The notes beneath the pieces are model-generated. The model saw only the letters and a program-made list of their open reading frames with translations, was not told the origin of the DNA and did no database searches. From a virus (taxonomy: Duplodnaviria > Caudoviricetes), in the IMG/VR virus record IMGVR_UViG_3300050159_000048: a DNA stretch of 64,000 bases; one strand, given 5' to 3'. A program made the position numbers and the translations under genes. Positions 57,452-64,000 of the stretch are shown piece by piece. Every line of letters begins with the position of its first letter. The stretch's first letter is position 1.

Positions 57452-60400
57452 GCCGACTAGTCGCAAGAGCCGAATCATGGGAGCGCGCGTACGAAGCATT
57501 CCAAGACATCAACTTTGCAGCGTTTGACTATGATACAGTCAAACGTAGCATCCTTGACTACGTCAAGCTACACTTTCCTGAGACATTCAATGACTTCATT
57601 GAATCAAGTGAGTTCGTTGCAATCGTAGAAGCCTTTGCGTATATCGCTGAATTGATGGCGTATCGCATTGATGTAACCGCGCATGAAAACTTCATTAGCA
57701 CTGCTCAACGCAAGGACTCGATCCTGCGTTTGGCAAAGCTCGTATCCTACTCAGCATCACGGGCATTACCTGCACGTGGTCTGGTTAAGATCACATCTGT
57801 ATCAACCACTGAAACTGTAATTGACGCAAATGGTATCAACCTTGCGAATCGCACAATCCGTTGGAATGATACAAGCAACTCGAATTGGAAGGATCAGTTC
57901 ATCCTGGTGATGAACCGCGTGTTGGAGCAAGAGTTTGGCACTGTAAGCCCAACTGATCGTTTCCAAATTCAGGACGTGTTGTTTGAAACGTATACGTGGA
58001 ATCTAACTCCGCTGTCAAACGGTGTATTCACATACACTGCAACGATCAACGGCACGGCAGCTCCGTTGGAGCTGATCCCTGTTGCGTATGATTCCAAGCT
58101 TGGAATCATCGAACGTCGTCCTCAAAACAACACAAACTTCTCATTTGTGTACGGCCAAGATGGCCTTGGTGATGGTTCTGACACAACTGGCTTCTTTTGT
58201 TTCACAAAACAAGGTCAGCTGCAACGTTTCCGCACCACATTCGACGGAGTGACGCCAAACCAAACATATGACGTCACTGTATCAAACGTAAATGACACCG
58301 ACATCTGGGTTAACGCGGTAGACGCATCAACCGGTGCAACTAAAGACGAACCGTCCTTGCTACCATATCGCCGTGAAACCCTACAAGGTAAGTCAGGTGA
58401 GTGGGTACAGGTTGACTTAGCTCACGCGCAGAACGTCATATTCAACACAAACCCACGCCGCAACAAGTACGAAATCGAAACACGTTCTGATAACAGTGTA
58501 CGCATCCTGTTTGGTGACGGTGAGTTTGCAGACGTTCCTAACGGAACCTTCGATATTTGGGTTCGTACGTCGCTTGATGCAGACATTGTTGTTCCGCAAG
58601 CCTCTGTTGTCAACACACCTGCAACGTTCACATATACTGACTCGTTTGGCCGCATCCAGACATTCACGTTCACATTCTCTTTGATCAACTCTCTGCAGAA
58701 TGCTTCTGCGTCGGAAACGATCGAACACGTTCGGGTCACAGCTCCTGCTGTGTACTACTCCCAAGACCGCATGGTTAACGGCGAAGATTACAACGTGTAT
58801 ATGCTTCAGGATCCATCAATTCTGAAATTGCGTTCGCTGAACCGCACGTTTGCTGGTGATTCAAAGTTCATTCCGTGGCATGACGCCTCAACCACATATG
58901 AAAATGTGAAGATTTTCGGTGATGATGGTATTTTGTACTTCCAAAACATAGGAAACACCACAACAACGCCAATTGTTGACCTCACATCTCTGATCACGAC
59001 ATATATTGAGCCGCTGCTATCGTCAACTGACATCTTCCTACAGCTTGTCAGCTTGGGTGTGCCCGTTGCTTCGTACCGTCGAGTGTTTAATGCAAACGAA
59101 CGCGTTCGTATCCAAGCAGCGCTAACACCACCCCCAGTCCCTGCTAAGGCCGAGTTGTATTACAACCTGACGACGTTTGAATGGTACGCAATCAAGGAAT
59201 CGGAAGATCCAGCTGTTGCCCTGGCTAGCTATGGATGGAGCTCTGGACAATTCCACACCACGCCTCTGATCATCGTCAACCAATCGTCAATCTACGAGAC
59301 TAGCTACAACGTTACTCGCAACGCTCGTCGTATGGTGTTCCAGAGTCAAACAACACAATTTTGGAACACAAATCAATCAGAGCGTGTGATCGATTATGAC
59401 ACCCTTCGATCTAGCTACGATCAGGTGGTTGTCATGCAAGCCAACGTCAACTACAACCGAACCGGTGTTCTTCAACAGAACTGGAAGTTTGACGTTCTAA
59501 GCCAAGAGCTGATTGATAGCGGCACCAATGCTGGATTGCCTGACCCGCAGCGCCTGTCAGTCATTCCGTCGGATGAGAACCAAGACGGTATTCCTGACTA
59601 CCTAACAGTGGATGAAGCGGTGTATCACTACGGTGTTGCTGATATTATGATGCCTAAGTACACCACTACTGTGCCGAGCATCCCAGTTAACGGCAGCGTT
59701 GACCTAGTGTTACCAATCCCGTACTTGTATAGTGTTGACAACTTGGTTCGTCGTCAAGACAACAATATCCAGAACCCCGCATCAATTGACTACACGCCCG
59801 ACGTTCGCCTGTACCGTAAGGTATCCGGTAGTTGGGTAGAGATTCCAAATCGCCCCGATGCCGGCATGATCTCAATTGACACATACTGGGGGGTTCCAAA
59901 GTCACAAACTCAATTTGTATGGAACAAGATTCGTCTGTACTACCCAATTGTAGCTTTGGCGGGAGGTGTTGGCTCTGAGTTGATGATTAAGGTCAACGAC
60001 TACGTGTACTTTAGCCGCGCATCTCAGACAAGTGAGTGGGTGCCTGCTGACACGACCGTTGACTCAATGGCACAATATGCAAATGATGCTCTCACAGGAA
60101 CCTCGTTGTGGAAGCGTCTTGAGGGCCGGTCGAACTTGAACTTTGCGTGGCTACACTACTCCCCACGTTACCACTTGGTAGACCCATCGCCGTCGAACAT
60201 CATCGACACGTATGTTATCACCAAGGGGTACTACATGGCAATGAAGCGTTGGTTGGAGGATCCTCTGGCAACAGCTCCGTCAGCAGTAACGCCACTTGAG
60301 CTGCGCACATCATACGGATACTTGCTTGATAACAAGATGATCTCCGACACAGTTGTCTTGCGCCCAGGCAATATTAAGTTGATGTTTGGGTCAAAAGCCA

Positions 60401-60747
60401 CTGCGGCGATGCAGGCTACGTTCAAGGTTATCCGGTCAGCTGACAAGACACTAACCGACAACCAGATCAAGACAATCATCGTAACCACCATTCGTAACTA
60501 CTTTGATATCACGCGCTGGGAGTTCGGTGAGACGTTCTACTTCACAGAGTTGGCTGCCGCAATCCACGCAGCGCTACCTACAGAAATCTCGTCAGTTGTG
60601 TTGGTTCCAAAGTATGAATCTAACCAATTCGGCGACATGTTCCAGGTGCTGGCGCGTGAGGATGAGGTCCTGTATCCAGACATATCTGTCAGCAATGTTG
60701 AGATTGTGTCAGGATACAACTCAACGAACCTGCGACTGAATGGCTAA
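57448..60747 (+). CDS. Baseplate wedge gp6-like
   Basis: D.NF.A.D..T.K, FI.TAQR.DS...A.L..Y, FGDG.F, Q.RMV..EDY; C-terminal FGETFYF.EL. Confidence 0.88.
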   Translation: MSRLVARAESWERAYEAFQDINFAAFDYDTVKRSILDYVKLHFPETFNDFIESSEFVAIVEAFAYIAELMAYRIDVTAHENFISTAQRKDSILRLAKLVSYSASRALPARGLVKITSVSTTETVIDANGINLANRTIRWNDTSNSNWKDQFILVMNRVLEQEFGTVSPTDRFQIQDVLFETYTWNLTPLSNGVFTYTATINGTAAPLELIPVAYDSKLGIIERRPQNNTNFSFVYGQDGLGDGSDTTGFFCFTKQGQLQRFRTTFDGVTPNQTYDVTVSNVNDTDIWVNAVDASTGATKDEPSLLPYRRETLQGKSGEWVQVDLAHAQNVIFNTNPRRNKYEIETRSDNSVRILFGDGEFADVPNGTFDIWVRTSLDADIVVPQASVVNTPATFTYTDSFGRIQTFTFTFSLINSLQNASASETIEHVRVTAPAVYYSQDRMVNGEDYNVYMLQDPSILKLRSLNRTFAGDSKFIPWHDASTTYENVKIFGDDGILYFQNIGNTTTTPIVDLTSLITTYIEPLLSSTDIFLQLVSLGVPVASYRRVFNANERVRIQAALTPPPVPAKAELYYNLTTFEWYAIKESEDPAVALASYGWSSGQFHTTPLIIVNQSSIYETSYNVTRNARRMVFQSQTTQFWNTNQSERVIDYDTLRSSYDQVVVMQANVNYNRTGVLQQNWKFDVLSQELIDSGTNAGLPDPQRLSVIPSDENQDGIPDYLTVDEAVYHYGVADIMMPKYTTTVPSIPVNGSVDLVLPIPYLYSVDNLVRRQDNNIQNPASIDYTPDVRLYRKVSGSWVEIPNRPDAGMISIDTYWGVPKSQTQFVWNKIRLYYPIVALAGGVGSELMIKVNDYVYFSRASQTSEWVPADTTVDSMAQYANDALTGTSLWKRLEGRSNLNFAWLHYSPRYHLVDPSPSNIIDTYVITKGYYMAMKRWLEDPLATAPSAVTPLELRTSYGYLLDNKMISDTVVLRPGNIKLMFGSKATAAMQATFKVIRSADKTLTDNQIKTIIVTTIRNYFDITRWEFGETFYFTELAAAIHAALPTEISSVVLVPKYESNQFGDMFQVLAREDEVLYPDISVSNVEIVSGYNSTNLRLNG

Positions 60748-60768
60748 CACCCGGTAAAAAACGTCCAA

Positions 60769-60811
60769 TACCCTCTCATAAATATCCATGAACATAGCAT
60801 ATGAGAGGGTA
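60769..60811 (+). promoter_or_regulatory. Late promoter ATAAATA (60778-60784) in an RBS-pairing hairpin
   Basis: TACCCTCTCATA/TATGAGAGGGTA 12-bp perfect stem. Confidence 0.75.
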
Positions 60812-60816
60812 ATCCC

Positions 60817-63800
60817 GTGTCCAATCAGTCTGACCACAAGAAGCCATCGCTTGACATTACTACACTACTGCCTGAAGTATACCAGTCAGAGGTAGGAGAC
60901 GGCGTATTCAAGAACGCCTTCAATCGTCACCTAACAAAGGACGACACGTCGCGTGTTGCTGGTTTTGTGGGTACTGCAAACCCGAGCGCCCTTGTTGATC
61001 GTCAGATCAAGGAGGCGGACGCGCACCGTCAAGCATTCCAACTAGCTCCCACTATGATTTCAACGGTGGGAACTCAAACATCCACATTGTCATTTAAGGC
61101 ATTCCTCCGTCAACTATCCTTGATGGGTATTGATATTGACCGCATGGATGATTGGGCTGCAACAGAACAGTTCAACTGGGTACCTCCCGTCAACGTTGAC
61201 ATGTTGGTCAACTATCAAGACTACTTCTGGAAACCTGCTAGCGCTAACGATGCCCCACAATACTTCACGGTAGAAAACCGGTGTAACAAGGCACAAAGCC
61301 GCGTCCAATCATATCAACAAGTTCTGAACATCCGTGGAGATGCCTTCGTTGTTACCAGCATGAGCTTCGCCACTAACACCCTGAACATTGCGGGTCGTTA
61401 CGATGACGTGTTCAGCACAGGTTTTGATTTCTACACCAAGGATTCCAACAACGTCAATTTCCGCAACAAGTTCTGGACGGTTGAATCATCGTCGTATGAT
61501 ATCAGCACTAACACAACAGCGATTGTTGTACTGGAGCCAATGGCAACAAGCAGTGAAACTGCTCCTCTACAGCCTCGGGTTGACCAGCTGTGGTACGTGC
61601 CGTCGACAGCACAAATGTTCACGTGGACAGGATCTGCGTGGGTTGCCGCTGCTCAATCATACACTATCTCAATCTCACTTGAAGAGCAGCTCACTGTATA
61701 CCAAGCCGAAGCTAATTGCATTTGTAACCAGACTTCTGGTTGGGACACAGCAGCATGGGATGACAATAGTTCCACCGGTACCTCATGGACTGTTGCTTGG
61801 CTGCAAGGTATCTCGTTCAACACCGCTTTACAGTGGGTCGCTACCAACGGTCAACCGGTAAACGGATCACAGTGGTATAACACAACAACCGATGAGTTGT
61901 TGACATACAGCACTGCATCCAATGGTTGGGAACCTGCGCAGCTTGGTCTGTCGCAATTGATCGACCGCCTTAACGGTAAAGCTCTGTGGGACATGACTCA
62001 GGGATGTGAGAGTCAACGCCATACTCAATGGTCTGACAACAATCGCTGGATTCACAAATCTCAAGTGCAGTCATATGCGGACGTGCGCCGAGCTCAGCTA
62101 CCAATCTTGGAATACTCTAGCCGCATTGAGTTGAATCAATGGTCACATTTCAACTACGTGTGGAAATACCGCAGCTCGACGGACGATGCATTCGCAACAT
62201 CCGACTACCGTCCAAGCCGACTGGAGCTGGAACCTATCAAGGGATATTTTGCCGTTAGTATTGGTGGAGCTTGGTACATCTACCTAAGCAACAACGTCAG
62301 CCAGATGGACGTGGACATTGACTACACCAGCACCTTTACTTCGGGGTATCGCTTCCGTGTAACCGACGACTCGCTTGTGTCGCAGGTATACACCGTCGAA
62401 TCTAGCGAGTACCGTCAAGTATCACCATCCGAAGCAGCACACGCAGTGATCCAAGACACGTTTGCCACAGTGATTAAGCTGGTTGAAACCACGTTCACCA
62501 GCTCCGTAACTGGCGGCGGTTCCGCCCACGCCCGTATCGAACCGATGCGCACATCGCGTGGCGACGGCTGGCGCGGTTATCATGTTCACTGGGTGCTAAA
62601 CGACACAGCTACAACGACAACAGCTACGAGCAATGCGTCGGTGAATCCTCGGTTGCAAACATCGCTGGATAGTGAAATCACACCGGTGTCTACATCAACG
62701 CTATCAGCTCACTTTGATACAGGTCAAGCATTTCAACCAGCCAACTTGCCTATTGAAATTGGTTCACTGCATCAAACTGTGTTCGTCGGCACCTCCCCAA
62801 TTTCACGCATCGACTTGCTGGATAAGTTCCGTTACCAACCCTCTCTAGCTGCCGTATACGCTGCTCCCAACACAAACAACCTGCGAGTCTACGTCAATGA
62901 CGTACGTCAGTTCAACACTTACACGGAAGTTGTGGGCGTTAGCACTCGTGACGTAACGGTCATTGGTAACGTTGCAAACACCACAGGCACCGTTGTTGAA
63001 TATGTGCAAGCTGTTGAGTTCACTCACCCGCTACAACCTTTGGATCAAGTTCGTATTGAAGTTGGCCCTGCTGCTTTGTCGGAGATGGGTTGGTCGCACG
63101 TCCCTGTTCGCACAATTGAGGATGAAACTCAGTTTGCTGTTGCCGTTAACAATGGCACTCAACCAGAATATCGTTCAATGGTCTCGATCCGTAAGATCGA
63201 ACAGGTGAAGAGCATCACCAACCAATACCCACTGTTCAACGCATATGATGTTGTGACGGGTGAAGTTGTTGACGCAAACCCCCTGTTTGCTTTCCACGAG
63301 GATGCATCCTTCTACGTCAACACGTCAGTTGACCGCCGCATTTCTGTATCTACAGACGGGAAGGAGTTTGAATTTGAACAGTACTTGGTTGAGGATGATG
63401 ACGGCCAAATCTACGGATACCGCCAAGGCCCGGTTACCGTAGAGTACTGGTTCAACCCAACCACCAGTGTGCTGAAGGCTTGGAAAAATGGCGGTTGGGT
63501 CACTAAGCTACCCGTACCACTGGCGCTGGGCGTTGTGTCGTACGTCACACCCACCATTGCCACCATAGCACCCGCAGCGGTCGACGGTGCTGTTTGGTAC
63601 CACCCTACAACAAACGTGTTGCGTGTTCGCTCGAACAACCTGTGGACAGTAATTCCTGGCGTGCTGGCGTCGGAGACAGACCCAACAATCACCACAATTT
63701 GGCGGAAGGACGATACAGCGATGTACGTCCCGCAGTACCTTGACAAGGATGGTAACGAGGTTACTATTGGATCCGCTGATGGTGATTGGGGCATTGTTGA

Positions 63801-64000
63801 TCAATGGCGTTACAACCCACAGCATGAGAACAAACGTACGGTTAAGTATTCGGAAGTTGTGACACACTTCAACACATTCCTCAATAGCCAAGATAAGATC
63901 CCTGGTCTGTTGAATGGTGGCGTGTACACAATGACTCAGGAAGACTACAACTTCAGTCGCGGTGGTACAATCAAGGAACACAACAACAGCTTCGACACGC
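60817..64000 (+). CDS. Large baseplate wedge/gp7-like protein, truncated by window end
   Basis: GTG start after GAGAGGG; MSNQSDHKKPSLDITTLLPEVYQ... with WY repeats; absent from ORF track, presumably because it has no stop in the window. Confidence 0.75.
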   Translation, partial: MSNQSDHKKPSLDITTLLPEVYQSEVGDGVFKNAFNRHLTKDDTSRVAGFVGTANPSALVDRQIKEADAHRQAFQLAPTMISTVGTQTSTLSFKAFLRQLSLMGIDIDRMDDWAATEQFNWVPPVNVDMLVNYQDYFWKPASANDAPQYFTVENRCNKAQSRVQSYQQVLNIRGDAFVVTSMSFATNTLNIAGRYDDVFSTGFDFYTKDSNNVNFRNKFWTVESSSYDISTNTTAIVVLEPMATSSETAPLQPRVDQLWYVPSTAQMFTWTGSAWVAAAQSYTISISLEEQLTVYQAEANCICNQTSGWDTAAWDDNSSTGTSWTVAWLQGISFNTALQWVATNGQPVNGSQWYNTTTDELLTYSTASNGWEPAQLGLSQLIDRLNGKALWDMTQGCESQRHTQWSDNNRWIHKSQVQSYADVRRAQLPILEYSSRIELNQWSHFNYVWKYRSSTDDAFATSDYRPSRLELEPIKGYFAVSIGGAWYIYLSNNVSQMDVDIDYTSTFTSGYRFRVTDDSLVSQVYTVESSEYRQVSPSEAAHAVIQDTFATVIKLVETTFTSSVTGGGSAHARIEPMRTSRGDGWRGYHVHWVLNDTATTTTATSNASVNPRLQTSLDSEITPVSTSTLSAHFDTGQAFQPANLPIEIGSLHQTVFVGTSPISRIDLLDKFRYQPSLAAVYAAPNTNNLRVYVNDVRQFNTYTEVVGVSTRDVTVIGNVANTTGTVVEYVQAVEFTHPLQPLDQVRIEVGPAALSEMGWSHVPVRTIEDETQFAVAVNNGTQPEYRSMVSIRKIEQVKSITNQYPLFNAYDVVTGEVVDANPLFAFHEDASFYVNTSVDRRISVSTDGKEFEFEQYLVEDDDGQIYGYRQGPVTVEYWFNPTTSVLKAWKNGGWVTKLPVPLALGVVSYVTPTIATIAPAAVDGAVWYHPTTNVLRVRSNNLWTVIPGVLASETDPTITTIWRKDDTAMYVPQYLDKDGNEVTIGSADGDWGIVDQWRYNPQHENKRTVKYSEVVTHFNTFLNSQDKIPGLLNGGVYTMTQEDYNFSRGGTIKEHNNSFDT

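Noticed and set aside
1-64000. Stop-codon reassignment, introns, inteins, CRISPR arrays, tRNAs
   Set aside because: Core genes are full length and uninterrupted in the standard code, and I saw no regularly spaced repeats or cloverleaf sequences by eye.

Overview
This 64 kb window is the core morphogenesis and recombination region of a large T4-like contractile-tailed (myovirus) dsDNA phage. Genes read in the standard code, and I found no tRNA, CRISPR array, intron, intein or homing endonuclease. Left to right it holds: (1) a replication/recombination block (short DnaE-like fragment, uvsW, uvsY, a pol-beta-family nucleotidyltransferase, uvsX, gp32 SSB); (2) a ~13 kb fibre/decoration cluster with a glycosyltransferase, a permuted papain-like amidase and an SGNH-esterase fibre; (3) an HD+kinase gene and a SWIM gene; (4) terminase, neck, tail tube/sheath, capsid, scaffold, protease, portal and tape measure; (5) gp26/gp51-like genes, a ~330 bp structured non-coding interval, ruvC, gp46/47 and gp55 sigma; (6) the baseplate operon, whose last gene runs off the right end. 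The most interesting signals are regulatory. A late promoter motif (C/G)ATAAATA or TAAATA precedes nearly every structural gene. At six or more genes it sits inside or beside an inverted repeat that pairs with that gene's RBS or start codon. This resembles the translational lock known for a few T4 genes, but here it appears systematic and is strongest where a sigma70-type early promoter reads through into a late gene. Other candidates are a -1 frameshift joining the gp26/gp51-like ORFs, an orphan structured ncRNA next to ruvC, and a dispersed early RNA-repair pair. All calls come from motif recognition by eye; no searches or folding calculations were run.
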